Source: Pyrinomonadaceae bacterium (GTDB lineage: Bacteria; Acidobacteriota; Blastocatellia; Pyrinomonadales; Pyrinomonadaceae). Taken from it: a stretch of DNA of 64,000 nucleotides. The DNA is taken from NCBI GenBank assembly GCA_035278765.1, contig DATEIS010000441.1, positions 3,288 to 67,287 of the forward strand, read 5' to 3'. This document shows, one piece after another, positions 19,551 to 29,639 of this stretch. A program made the position numbers and the translations under genes. Every line of letters begins with the position of its first letter. Positions within the stretch are counted from its first letter, which is position 1. The notes under the pieces were generated by a model, which saw only the letters and a list, made by a program, of their open reading frames with translations, did no database searches and was not told where the DNA came from.

Positions 19551-22229
19551 TTGGCGAAAGCTATCATTAACGGAAAAGTTCATGAGTTTGAGCTGGGCGT
19601 TTCGATCCTGAAAGCGTGCCGCGCTCTTGGTGTCGATGTTCCCACGCTCTGTAACGATGAACGATTGAAACCGATCGGCAGTTGTCGCATGTGCCTGGTC
19701 GAAATCGAGAGAAAGCCACATCCTGTCACAGCCTGCAATACCCTGGTCACGGACGGGATGGTGATCTCAACTCACACTCCCGCGCTCGAGAATGAGCGGC
19801 GCATGCTTCTGAAGATGCTGGCCCAGGATCATCCCGGAGATGGTCTACAAAAAACTCCTGAGAAACCGTTCTACCGTTACGCCCGAGCATACGGATTATC
19901 CGAAAGCGACTTCACCGGATCGTCTGAGCCGCACTTGCTTGACGACTCACATCCTTATATTCACGTCGACATGTCGCGGTGCATTGTTTGCTACCGCTGT
20001 GTGCGTATTTGTGATGAGGTGCAAGGTCAATTCGTTTGGCAGATCGTTAACAGAGGCCACGAAACAAGAATTGTTCCCGACTCAGGAACCACGTTGCGGG
20101 AGAGTTCTTGTGTAAGTTGCGGCGCTTGTGTGGATACTTGCCCAAGCGGAGCCCTCGAAGACAAGTCACTTCTCACCTACGGAACGCCTTCAAACTGGAC
20201 CAGAACGACGTGTCCCTATTGCGGCACAGGCTGCGAGATGGATGTTGGCACAAGCAAGAATCGCATCGTCTCAATAAAGCCTCTACGTGATGCACCTGTG
20301 AGTCGTGGCCATCTCTGCGTGAAAGGGCGCTATGCGTTCGATTTTGTCTCCGCTCCGGATCGGATCACGCAACCGATGATTCGTAAAGGAGACAAGTGGC
20401 AGCAGGTAAGGTGGGACAACGCCGTCTCTTTCATCGCCGAATCCCTGCAACAAATTTTCGAAAAGTATGGACCAGATAGCATCGGGGTGCTGGGCTCCGC
20501 CCGCGGAACGAATGAGGAGAATTACCTCGCACAAAAATTTGCGCGCGTGGTAATCGGCACCAACAACGTCGATTGCTGCGCGCGAGTCTGCCATACGCCT
20601 ACGGCCGCGGCAATGAAACTCATGCTCGGTACTGGCGCGGCGACAAATTCTTACAACGACATCGAGGAAGCCCGAACCATTCTCGTCTGTGGGGCGAATG
20701 CAACCGAGAACCATCCCATAGTCGGCGCACGAATCAAGCAAGCAGCTTTAAAGGGAACGAACCTGATCATCATCGATCCCAGACGAATTGAGCTTACTCA
20801 GTACGCCGCGATTCACCTGCAGCCACGACCTGGCACAAACATCCCGCTCCTGAATGCAATGGCCTGCACGATCGTTGAAGAGCAACTGTTTGATCGTCAC
20901 TTTACGACTGAACGCGTGGCCGAGTGGGATGAGTTCTGCCACTTCATCAAGCAATTTTCTCCTGAGAAGGTCGAGGCTAATTGCGGAGTCAAAGCAGATC
21001 TGATCCGAAAAGCCGCTCGACTCTACGCCAGCGCCAAACCTTCTATGTGTTTTCATGGTTTGGGAGTGACCGAACACACGCAGGGTACTGAAGGAGTCAT
21101 GTGTCTGGTCAATCTCGCTCTCCTTACCGGAAACATCGGCAAGCCGGGCACTGGCATCAACCCGCTTCGCGGCCAGAACAACGTCCAGGGCGCGGCACAT
21201 ATGGGTTGCGATCCTGGCATTCTCACCGGCAGTGTTTCTTTGAATGATGCGCGGCCACTGTTTGAGAGTGTTTGGGGCGCATCAATTCCGCGGAAGCAGG
21301 GTCTCAACCTGCTCGAAATGATGGACTCTGCCGAAGCCGGCAAACTGAAAGCGCTATGGGCCATCGGTTACGACATTGCCCTGACCAACGCTAATACCAC
21401 TGCAACTGAGCAGGCATTGCGGTCTCTTGATTTCGTCATTGTCCAGGACATGTTTATGAATGAGACCGCTCGCCAATTCGGGTCCGTGTTTCTGCCTGCG
21501 GCTTCCTCCTTTGAAAGAGACGGGACCTTTATGAACGCCGAACGTCGCATTCAACGTATCCGTAAGGCGATCGAGCCCGTCGATCAATCAAGGCCCGACT
21601 GGGAAATCATTTGTGCGATTGCTAAGGCAATGGGCAAAGGCGAGTTTTTCACATACGACTCGGCGGAAGAGATCTGGAACGAAATCCGTTCCGTTTGGCC
21701 CCCCGGGCGTGGCATCACTTATGGCCGACTGGACATTGGTGGTTTGCAGTGGCCTTGTCCAGACGATGGTCATTCCGGAACTGAAGTAATGCACACGGAG
21801 AGCTTTCCGCTTGGCAAAGCCGCGCTTCGTCGAGTTCCTTATCGTCCAACCGGTGAAATTGTTGACGAAGAGTTTCCTTTTCTGCTGATTACCGGAAGAA
21901 CTCTCTACCAGTTCAACGCTGGAACGATGACGATGCGTACAGCAAATGTGAAGCTGAGACCCGCAGATCTGCTCGACATATCTTCCGATGACGCGAAACG
22001 ACTGAAACTTCACGAGGGAGAGCGCGTGCAGATCCGCAGTCGTTACGGTGAAGCGACACTGCCAATTCGAATCACGTCAACTGTAAAACCGGGAGAGTTG
22101 TTTGCGACGTTCCATACTGCGGAAGTATTTCTCAATCGCGTGACCAGCCCTCATAGAGATCGATACGTAAAGAGTCCGGAATACAAGGTGACGGCTGTGA
22201 AGATTGAAAGGGTAAACCAGGAAAGGTGA
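19551..22229 (+). CDS. formate dehydrogenase alpha subunit-like molybdopterin oxidoreductase with N-terminal 2Fe-2S/4Fe-4S domains
   Basis: 892 aa with a TTG start. Fer2-like N-terminus, CxxCxxCxxxC motifs (CIVCYRCVRIC, CVSCGACVDTC) and an MopB core. It has Cys (ARVCHTPT), not Sec, at the expected Mo-ligand position. Confidence 0.8.
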   Translation: MAKAIINGKVHEFELGVSILKACRALGVDVPTLCNDERLKPIGSCRMCLVEIERKPHPVTACNTLVTDGMVISTHTPALENERRMLLKMLAQDHPGDGLQKTPEKPFYRYARAYGLSESDFTGSSEPHLLDDSHPYIHVDMSRCIVCYRCVRICDEVQGQFVWQIVNRGHETRIVPDSGTTLRESSCVSCGACVDTCPSGALEDKSLLTYGTPSNWTRTTCPYCGTGCEMDVGTSKNRIVSIKPLRDAPVSRGHLCVKGRYAFDFVSAPDRITQPMIRKGDKWQQVRWDNAVSFIAESLQQIFEKYGPDSIGVLGSARGTNEENYLAQKFARVVIGTNNVDCCARVCHTPTAAAMKLMLGTGAATNSYNDIEEARTILVCGANATENHPIVGARIKQAALKGTNLIIIDPRRIELTQYAAIHLQPRPGTNIPLLNAMACTIVEEQLFDRHFTTERVAEWDEFCHFIKQFSPEKVEANCGVKADLIRKAARLYASAKPSMCFHGLGVTEHTQGTEGVMCLVNLALLTGNIGKPGTGINPLRGQNNVQGAAHMGCDPGILTGSVSLNDARPLFESVWGASIPRKQGLNLLEMMDSAEAGKLKALWAIGYDIALTNANTTATEQALRSLDFVIVQDMFMNETARQFGSVFLPAASSFERDGTFMNAERRIQRIRKAIEPVDQSRPDWEIICAIAKAMGKGEFFTYDSAEEIWNEIRSVWPPGRGITYGRLDIGGLQWPCPDDGHSGTEVMHTESFPLGKAALRRVPYRPTGEIVDEEFPFLLITGRTLYQFNAGTMTMRTANVKLRPADLLDISSDDAKRLKLHEGERVQIRSRYGEATLPIRITSTVKPGELFATFHTAEVFLNRVTSPHRDRYVKSPEYKVTAVKIERVNQER

Positions 22230-22235
22230 AAGAAG

Positions 22236-22655
22236 ATGAGTGCTCAACAACTACAACATTCAAAATACGGATTCAGTAAAACAGTTGATCTTCCTTATGA
22301 AGACGCGGTCGAAAAGGCGCGCGCCGTGCTCAAGGCGGAAGGCTTCGGTGTCCTCTGTGAAATCGACATCAAGGAAAAGCTGAAAGAGAAGCTAGGCGTG
22401 GATTTCCGCAACTATGTGATCCTCGGCGCCTGCAATCCGCCTCTCGCATACAAGACGCTGCAACAAGAGATCGGGATCGGACTGCTTCTTCCCTGCAATG
22501 TCGTCGTTTATGAAGCCGAGGAAGCCGGAAAATCTGTAGTCGCCGCGATCGATGCGAAGACGATGCTGTCCGTGGTAGGAGCCAACAATGCAACTATCAA
22601 CGCAGTAGCTACCGAGGTAAATGAAAAGCTCCAGCGTGTAGTCGCTCAGCTTTAG
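22236..22655 (+). CDS. DUF302 domain protein
   Basis: 139 aa. [39 protein letters not shown] is typical of DUF302. Confidence 0.7.
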   Translation: MSAQQLQHSKYGFSKTVDLPYEDAVEKARAVLKAEGFGVLCEIDIKEKLKEKLGVDFRNYVILGACNPPLAYKTLQQEIGIGLLLPCNVVVYEAEEAGKSVVAAIDAKTMLSVVGANNATINAVATEVNEKLQRVVAQL

Positions 22656-22683
22656 AAAAGCCTCAAGAGGCACAGAAGCAGAA

Positions 22684-25215
22684 ATGCCGACCTCCGGGAA
22701 ACTGGAACGGTTCTGGAGCCTCGCTCCAGACGATCTAATGGTCCAACTAGGGGCTGATCCCGGTGGACTAACTACGGCGGAGGCTAAACGCAGGCTTCTC
22801 CACTCCGGTCCAAATCGTCTACATACCCGCAAGCGCACCGATGTCTTAACCCTGCTACTCGCACAATTCAAAAGCCCGCTGATTCTAATTCTGGTAGGCG
22901 CTGTAATTCTTTCGTTCTTCCTGGGGGAAACGGTTGATGCGGCCATCATCATCGCGATAGTTCTGTTAAGCAGCGTGCTTGGATTCTGGCAGGAAAAGCG
23001 CGCCACCGATGCTGTCAGAAGCCTCCTGGCAATTGTGAGAATTGAAGCCCGTGTCGTACGTGACGGAGTGGAGATTGACGTGCCCGCAGAGGACGTGGTG
23101 CCTGGCGACATTTGCATGCTCAATGCCGGCGACATTGTTCCGGGTGATGCTGTAATTCTCGAATCCAAAGATCTATTCGTGCAGGAGGCAGCCTTAACTG
23201 GAGAAAGTTTTCCCGCAGAAAAGGAACCAGGACCAGTCGCCGGCGAAGCGCCGCTCATGAAAAGGACGAATACACTTTTCCTGGGCACACACGTAGTTAG
23301 CGGAAGTGCGCGATCGCTCATTGTCTTCACTGGGTCGGCAACTGAATTTGGCAAAGTGTCCGAGCGTTTGCGCCTGAAGCCGTTGGAAACGGAGTTTGAA
23401 CATGGCGTGCGGCGCTTTGGTTATCTCCTCACCGAAGTAACACTGATCCTCGTGATCGTAATCTTCGGCATTACGGTCTACCTCGAGCGACCCGTAATCG
23501 ATTCGTTTCTTTTTGCATTGGCAATTGCTATCGGAATAATTCCCGAATTACTCCCGGCCATAATCAGCATCAACCTCGCAGTCGGCGCCGTGCACATGGC
23601 TCGCAGGAAGGTGATCGTCAAACAACTGGCCTCGATCGAAAATCTGGGTAGCATGAATGTCTTATGCGCCGATAAGACTGGAAGCCTTACCGAAGGGACC
23701 GTAAAGCTCCAGCAAGCGTTGGACGCACAAGGCAAACCGAACGAAAAAGCTCTTTTCTACGCCTACCTGAATTCGTTTTATGAAACTGGCTTTACAAACC
23801 CGATTGACGAAGCGATTCGCACGCATGGCCAGTTTGATCTCTCCGGTTATCACAAGGTCGATGAGGTGCCTTACGACTTCCTGCGCAAGCGATTGAGTAT
23901 TCTGGTTGTGAAAGATGAAGCGCCCTTGATGATGATTACTAAAGGTGCCGTTAGCAATGTCCTCGACGTTTGTTCGTCTGTCGAGTTGACGAGCGGCTGC
24001 CATGACATCGCGCAGTTCCGCGAAGGAATAGACCGCCAATGCAAATCGCTGGGTAATGATGGATTTCGTACTCTTGGGCTGGCGTATAAATGCTTAGGCA
24101 ACGCTTCACAGAAACAGGACGAAGCTGGGATGACATTTCTCGGTCTGCTTGTTTTCTTCGATCCGCCTAAAGCGGGTGTGATTGAGGCGTTGGATGATCT
24201 GAGAAAGCTCGGCATAACTCTGAAGTTGATTACGGGGGACAACGTTCACATCGCAACCAGCGTGACGCGAAACGTATTGGGTTATGAGCCAAAGGTTTTG
24301 ACAGGCACGGAGGTCCACTTACTAAGTGATGATGCCTTGCGATCACGCGCAAACGTAATTGATGTGTTCGCTGAAATCGAACCCAGCCAGAAGGAGCGCA
24401 TTATTCTCGCCCTGAGAAAATCCGGGCATACAGTTGGATTCCTCGGCGACGGTATCAACGACGCTTCGGCACTGCACGCATCTGACGTGGGAATTTCTGT
24501 GAACAGCGCTGTGGACGTGGCCAAAGAAGCCGCAATGATAGTGTTACTCGAGAAAGATCTGGGCGTGTTGGCTGCAGGAGTTCGCGAAGGCAGAAAGACT
24601 TTTGCAAATACGCTCAAATACATTTACATGACGACCAGCGCCAACTTCGGCAACATGTTCAGCATGGCCGGAGCGGCATTGTTCCTCCCTTTTTTGCCAT
24701 TGCTTCCCAAACAGATCCTGCTGAACAACTTTCTCACTGACTTCCCGGCAATGGCAATCGCGACGGATCGGGTGGATCCGGAGCTAGTGGAAAGACCGAG
24801 ACGTTGGAACATCAGATTTATTCGAAACTTCATGATCGTTTTTGGCGTCGTTAGCTCGATCTTCGACTTTCTCACATTTGCGGCGTTAGTGTTCATTCTC
24901 AAAGCAACGCCGGAAGTATTCAGAACTGGCTGGTTTGTCGAGTCGGTAATGACGGAGGTTCTTATCATTCTGGTGATGCGGACCTGGAAACCATTCTATA
25001 CAAGCATGCCGAGCACTCCCTTGTTGTCAGCAATGATCATCGTACTCCTCATTACACTCGCATTACCTTATAGCCCGTTAAGCGAGCTGCTCGGTCTAAC
25101 ACCGCTGCCAATATCGTCACTTCTGCTTCTAGTACTCATCACAGTGCTCTACGCAGGCGCTTCTGAACTCGCAAAGAAGTTCTTTCATTCGCGAGCCCTC
25201 ATCAGTGAAATTTGA
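22684..25215 (+). CDS. mgtA: P-type ATPase, magnesium-transporting MgtA/MgtB-like
   Basis: 843 aa. It carries the phosphorylation motif DKTGSLT, plus TGDN and GDGINDA. The N-terminus LTTAEAKRRLLHSGPN and the overall length fit the MgtA type. Confidence 0.7.
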   Translation: MPTSGKLERFWSLAPDDLMVQLGADPGGLTTAEAKRRLLHSGPNRLHTRKRTDVLTLLLAQFKSPLILILVGAVILSFFLGETVDAAIIIAIVLLSSVLGFWQEKRATDAVRSLLAIVRIEARVVRDGVEIDVPAEDVVPGDICMLNAGDIVPGDAVILESKDLFVQEAALTGESFPAEKEPGPVAGEAPLMKRTNTLFLGTHVVSGSARSLIVFTGSATEFGKVSERLRLKPLETEFEHGVRRFGYLLTEVTLILVIVIFGITVYLERPVIDSFLFALAIAIGIIPELLPAIISINLAVGAVHMARRKVIVKQLASIENLGSMNVLCADKTGSLTEGTVKLQQALDAQGKPNEKALFYAYLNSFYETGFTNPIDEAIRTHGQFDLSGYHKVDEVPYDFLRKRLSILVVKDEAPLMMITKGAVSNVLDVCSSVELTSGCHDIAQFREGIDRQCKSLGNDGFRTLGLAYKCLGNASQKQDEAGMTFLGLLVFFDPPKAGVIEALDDLRKLGITLKLITGDNVHIATSVTRNVLGYEPKVLTGTEVHLLSDDALRSRANVIDVFAEIEPSQKERIILALRKSGHTVGFLGDGINDASALHASDVGISVNSAVDVAKEAAMIVLLEKDLGVLAAGVREGRKTFANTLKYIYMTTSANFGNMFSMAGAALFLPFLPLLPKQILLNNFLTDFPAMAIATDRVDPELVERPRRWNIRFIRNFMIVFGVVSSIFDFLTFAALVFILKATPEVFRTGWFVESVMTEVLIILVMRTWKPFYTSMPSTPLLSAMIIVLLITLALPYSPLSELLGLTPLPISSLLLLVLITVLYAGASELAKKFFHSRALISEI

Positions 25216-25224
25216 CGGGCAGAA

Positions 25225-25986
25225 TTAAGCGGCTTGAGCTTTCGAGAGTGATTCGAGTGCCTGGTAGGTTGCACGTGCCCCGCTGGCAATCAGGCGTTCA
25301 ACGGCAGCAGTGCCGGGAACATAACCGGCCAACGGTATCTCCGGCTGAATGTGGATCTCAGTCTGGGCCACGGCGAACCTATAATGGGAGGGATAGGCTT
25401 GAGTGGTCCAATGCCGTTCTGATGGAGAACAACCTAACGAACGCATTACGGAGCTCCACTCCCAAACATCGGAAGCAATAACGAAATCGGCGTTCTGCGT
25501 ACGGCAAACGTGGGAAGGCAGCACGCACGAAAAACCACCATCTTTGAGTTTCTGACCTTCACGACTAACGGGCCGGCGAATTAAACGCAGCGCGCAGCTT
25601 GCGCTAATCGCTGAGGAAAGTGGACCAGTAGTTATCGTCAACGGTGTGTTTGATGGCACGATAGTCGCTACTGCAGCAAAAGGAGTAGCGAGCTGTTCGA
25701 AACTTTCCGGCAGATACTGAGCACAGAATCGTTCGAGCGTTTTTCCATGCAGCAAACGGGGCCAGAATACAGACCGCGCCATTTTCGCGATTTCGCGCCA
25801 ATCCATACCCGCTGCCAGCGCTGCACCGATAATGCTGCCCACACTGGTGCCGGCCACCACCGCGGGTTTGATACCCACTTCGTCCAGCGCCTTGATAACC
25901 CCAATGTGAGCAAGCCCGCGCACAGCGCCGCCGCTGAGAGCCAGACCAACACGTTTGGATTTAAGTGAGCGCAGAACGTCTTCCAT
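25225..25986 (-). CDS. patatin-like phospholipase
   Basis: GGAVRG oxyanion motif, GTSVGS nucleophile elbow and a downstream DGG. Confidence 0.85.
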   Translation of the reverse strand: MEDVLRSLKSKRVGLALSGGAVRGLAHIGVIKALDEVGIKPAVVAGTSVGSIIGAALAAGMDWREIAKMARSVFWPRLLHGKTLERFCAQYLPESFEQLATPFAAVATIVPSNTPLTITTGPLSSAISASCALRLIRRPVSREGQKLKDGGFSCVLPSHVCRTQNADFVIASDVWEWSSVMRSLGCSPSERHWTTQAYPSHYRFAVAQTEIHIQPEIPLAGYVPGTAAVERLIASGARATYQALESLSKAQAA

Positions 25987-26803
25987 GTCTGACCATTATC
26001 ACATTGAAAAAGAGGAGGCCAAAGCGGAGATCGAAGTCACGGCCGAACGATTGACGCGTATTTCCAAACTACTTGCGTCCGCTAAAAAGCAAACAAATAA
26101 AAAACCAGGTCGAAATGTATTGACGCGTGCTATCGACTCAACGTTTGCTCTGCTGCGCAAATATCTTCCGCCTCTTCACTGGCTTGTCGTCGCATTGGGC
26201 GCAATGATTATGTTTCTCTACGCGCAGGTGGTCGCATTTACCGCACGGCTCGTCTCAACTGGCAACCCGCCGTGGCCAAATATTCCAGCCCCCTGTGTTC
26301 TGGCGCTGTGGCACCGTGATGCGCCTTCCCTCCTGGTAATATTCGCGAAACGACATCCGCCCTGCCGTACGACGATCATGGTTTCCCACGATCCACGAGG
26401 TGACTCCCTGGCATTGCTTTGCCGCATGATGGGTTTTCACGTTGTTCGAGGAGACAGCGAGGAAGGCGGCTGGGAAGCTTTGTTACAACTAGCCCGGGAA
26501 CTCATGAACGGCGGCTCAGTCATTCTAACTGCCGATGGTGGAGGTCCCGCACAGAAGGCAAAAGTAGGCGCAATTGCTTTAGCTTCGGCGGTTGGAGTGC
26601 CTCTAATTCCGTTAGCTGCGGATTGTTACCCGGCGATTGAAGAACCTCACAAGTGGGATGCATCTCGCAATCCAGTCCCCTTTTGCTCCTTGAAGATCTT
26701 GCTTGGGCCACCTCGCACATTCGAACGTCTAACAGACCTCACCTCCGTTGAAGAGGCCCAAGCTTGGCTCGAGAAAACATTGAACAGTCTCGTTTTAAAG
26801 TAA
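25985..26803 (+). CDS. DUF374 / lysophospholipid acyltransferase-like protein
   Basis: ALWHRDAPSLLVIF...VSHDPRGDSLALLCRMMGFHVVRGDS...ILTADGGGP resembles DUF374. The start is uncertain: ATG 25985 abuts the divergent patatin start, and a later TTG near 26118 is possible. Confidence 0.6.
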   Translation: MSDHYHIEKEEAKAEIEVTAERLTRISKLLASAKKQTNKKPGRNVLTRAIDSTFALLRKYLPPLHWLVVALGAMIMFLYAQVVAFTARLVSTGNPPWPNIPAPCVLALWHRDAPSLLVIFAKRHPPCRTTIMVSHDPRGDSLALLCRMMGFHVVRGDSEEGGWEALLQLARELMNGGSVILTADGGGPAQKAKVGAIALASAVGVPLIPLAADCYPAIEEPHKWDASRNPVPFCSLKILLGPPRTFERLTDLTSVEEAQAWLEKTLNSLVLK

Positions 26804-26819
26804 GCAGAAACCCTGAGAC

Positions 26820-29639
26820 TCACGGTCTGTTGTCGCGCATTTCATCTAGCATCTGCTGAATTCGTTGTTTGAGTGCTGCCGTCACTTTTTCATAAGCCAG
26901 CTCTTTATCACCCGAAATAACGCTTTGAACACTAATCGGTTCGCCGAAACGTATCTTTACCTTTGCCAGGCGGAAACGCCACGATTTGCGCGGCCAAATG
27001 CGATAGGCTCCATCCAGCGCTACCGGCACTATCGGAAGATTTAGCTCAGTAGCAAGAATCGCCGCCCCTTTTCTAAACTCATATAACTGACCATCAAACG
27101 AGCGCTGCCCTTCCGGATAAATATTGAGTATCTTCCCGGCGCGAAGACCGGCAGCGCCGGCACGCATTGCGCGCATCAGTTGCAGATCCGGATCAATCGG
27201 TACGACATTTATCAGCCGCGCCACCCAGGCCATGAAGACACTTGTAAAGTACATGCTTGCGCCAACCTGGAAAATGTTTTGCAGTACGCGTCGCGGGTAC
27301 GTAGAACACACAAGGAATGGATCCAGGTAGCTCTGGTGGTTCGGGCAAATCAAATACGGTGGTTTGACACGATCGAGAACCTCCGTGCCTCGCACCTCCA
27401 TGCGAAACAACAGTTGCGCTCCGATCCGAATGACTCGCAACACCACGTAAGCTAATAGCACTACTGCTGTCTTGCGATTTAGAAGGTGCTCGACATCCGG
27501 CAGCGTCTCAGCCGTTTGCGCCAGTTCTGTTTGCCAGCGAAACTCCGCGCCAGTTGTTCCAAGTGGTCCTGCGCCATTAAGTCTTGACGTTGCAAGTTGG
27601 ACCAACTCGCCGACTCTCTGAACGGTCGAGAGTTCCTGCGGGTCGAGTTCTATACCCAGTGTTTGTTCGACACTTGCAAAGCATTCAGTCCGAGCCAGAG
27701 AATCCAGTCCGAGATCGATCTCGAAATGCATGTATGGATGAATCAACTCGACATCACTGTTGTGCTGTTTCACTGCTGCGACCGTGGCTCGTCCCGCAAC
27801 GGAATTCATTAACGCTAGCTCTGCCTCGCTGAATTGAACCGGCTTTGCCTCTCGTTTTTTCCCATTCTGCTGCTCCAGTTCTTCGAGCCGGCTTTTCACT
27901 TCGAACCGCTTTACTTTGCGAGTGGAGGTGCGCGGTAAGGGCTCAGCACGCAGAATAAAATCATGCACGCGCTGGTATTCAGGCAGTTCCCTTCCGAGGT
28001 TCTCCAATTCCCAAACGACCCACTCGCGCGCATTACCGATGTGTTGAGCTTTGAGATATTCAAAGTTTGGCACCACTACCCCACGCAGTTTTTCCGCTCT
28101 TTTGAATTCGCTTGATTCGTCTTTCACGCCAATGACGCAGACTTCGCTAACGAACGGTGATCGTTCGTAGTGGGCCTCAACATCTTCGGGGAAGACGTTT
28201 TTGCCGGAGGGTAATTTGATGACGTCCTTCCCACGCCCGACGATATAAAGATGTCCCTGCTTATCAAATCGGCCCAGGTCACCGGAGCGAAACCAGCCAT
28301 CACTGGTGAATGCCTCGCGGTTAGCTTCCGGATTTCGATAATAGCCCGACATCACAATCGGTCCACGGATTACGACTTCGCCGACTCCCTCTTCGTTAGG
28401 TTGATCGATCCTGACTTCAACTCCATTCAGCGGCGTGCCAACCGAGCCGATCTTGTTATCTTCGAAGCGCGTCACCGTTGCGGCTCCGCTGGTCTCGGTC
28501 AGACCATAGCCCTGTAGAAGTGTGAAACCTAAGTGATGAAAATCCCTCGCCACATCTTCGTCGAAGCTGGCTCCAGCCGAAACTGCAAGTCTTAGTTTCC
28601 CACCAAAAGACTGGTGAATGGGTTTGAAAAACCATCGGCCTGCATTGAGGCCGAACCACTCACGCAACCAGCCATTACATACAAGCATGATCTGAAACAG
28701 CGTTCTCAGTGGCCAGGAACGTGCCCGCACCGAGTCCCAGATCTTTTTGTGAAACAGATACCAGAGTCGAGGCACGCCAACGAGCGCAGTCGCCCCACTT
28801 TCTCTCAAGCCTTGTTCAATTCCAGCACTACTTAATTCCGTGAGATAGACCACTCGCGCACCTACCGTGGTGGCAAGCCAAAGATTCACGATTTGTGAAT
28901 AGGCGTGGAATAGCGGCAGGAGGCTTACCACCACTTCCTGATCGCTAATACGCATCACTTCCTCGACCTTATCGCTCTCCGCGTAAATGTTTCCATGCGT
29001 AAGCGGCACGGCCTTGGGAGCGCCAGTCGTACCTGACGTGTACATGAGGAGTGCGAGGTCGTCTGCGCGAGCGGGTGGTGGAGCTTCATTGAATTCTTTT
29101 GGCGTTGGCGTTTCGGCCCAGTCTTCAAAACGGGCAAGGCCATCAGGCTGAGTCAGGGGACGCAAAGCAACCGCAGGGATGTTGCTACCTATAAGCTCAC
29201 ACGCAGCTCGGAACTTTTCTAGCGAAGCCGGTGAAACAAACGCGAGCTTTGCTTCCGAGCCTTTTAGAAAGGCGCCGATAGCCTGTGTTGTGGCAGCCGG
29301 GTCCATTGGGGTGACTACTGCACCGCGATAGATTATTCCCAGATAAGCAATGGCCCAGTTGGGATGATTTTCACCGATAAGCGCGACGCGATCGCCGAAA
29401 ACAATCTTCTCCTGACTGAGGCGATACGCAATGCGGCGTATCTGAGCCAGCATTGAACCGAAGGTAATACTCTCCGTGCCATCTGGCCCGATTACCATCA
29501 TCGCAACCTTGTCAGACCGAATACTTGCGGCCGCTACCACTCGTCGACAGAAGGTCTCGTTTTGTACTTCTTCGGTCACTGCTATTGTCGGGTTGCTTCT
29601 ATTGCGGCGTCCTGACGACCTCGACCGAGCACTTCGCAT
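26820..29639 (-). CDS. tri-domain acyl-AMP/CoA ligase - carrier protein - 1-acylglycerol-3-phosphate acyltransferase (Aas/ElbD-like)
   Basis: AMP-binding YTSGTTGAPKAV; carrier motif IDLGLDSLARTE; PlsC motifs NHQSYLDP and YPEGQRS. The start is uncertain (ATG 29639 or GTG 29579). The tracked start 29750 overlaps the USP gene. Confidence 0.75.
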   Translation of the reverse strand: MRSARSRSSGRRNRSNPTIAVTEEVQNETFCRRVVAAASIRSDKVAMMVIGPDGTESITFGSMLAQIRRIAYRLSQEKIVFGDRVALIGENHPNWAIAYLGIIYRGAVVTPMDPAATTQAIGAFLKGSEAKLAFVSPASLEKFRAACELIGSNIPAVALRPLTQPDGLARFEDWAETPTPKEFNEAPPPARADDLALLMYTSGTTGAPKAVPLTHGNIYAESDKVEEVMRISDQEVVVSLLPLFHAYSQIVNLWLATTVGARVVYLTELSSAGIEQGLRESGATALVGVPRLWYLFHKKIWDSVRARSWPLRTLFQIMLVCNGWLREWFGLNAGRWFFKPIHQSFGGKLRLAVSAGASFDEDVARDFHHLGFTLLQGYGLTETSGAATVTRFEDNKIGSVGTPLNGVEVRIDQPNEEGVGEVVIRGPIVMSGYYRNPEANREAFTSDGWFRSGDLGRFDKQGHLYIVGRGKDVIKLPSGKNVFPEDVEAHYERSPFVSEVCVIGVKDESSEFKRAEKLRGVVVPNFEYLKAQHIGNAREWVVWELENLGRELPEYQRVHDFILRAEPLPRTSTRKVKRFEVKSRLEELEQQNGKKREAKPVQFSEAELALMNSVAGRATVAAVKQHNSDVELIHPYMHFEIDLGLDSLARTECFASVEQTLGIELDPQELSTVQRVGELVQLATSRLNGAGPLGTTGAEFRWQTELAQTAETLPDVEHLLNRKTAVVLLAYVVLRVIRIGAQLLFRMEVRGTEVLDRVKPPYLICPNHQSYLDPFLVCSTYPRRVLQNIFQVGASMYFTSVFMAWVARLINVVPIDPDLQLMRAMRAGAAGLRAGKILNIYPEGQRSFDGQLYEFRKGAAILATELNLPIVPVALDGAYRIWPRKSWRFRLAKVKIRFGEPISVQSVISGDKELAYEKVTAALKQRIQQMLDEMRDNRP

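Noticed and set aside
19551-22229. Selenocysteine recoding in the formate dehydrogenase-like gene
   Set aside because: The ORF has no in-frame TGA, and the expected Mo-ligand position reads Cys (ARVCHTPT).
22656-22683. Mg2+ riboswitch / leader upstream of the mgtA-like gene
   Set aside because: Only 28 nt separate it from the preceding gene, which is far too short for an M-box or an mgtA-type leader.
22392-23354. 320-aa minus-strand ORF inside the mgtA-like gene
   Set aside because: It is entirely antisense to a well-supported P-type ATPase and its translation is Ser/Pro/Thr/Ala/Arg-rich low complexity, which is typical of the antisense frame of GC-rich genes.
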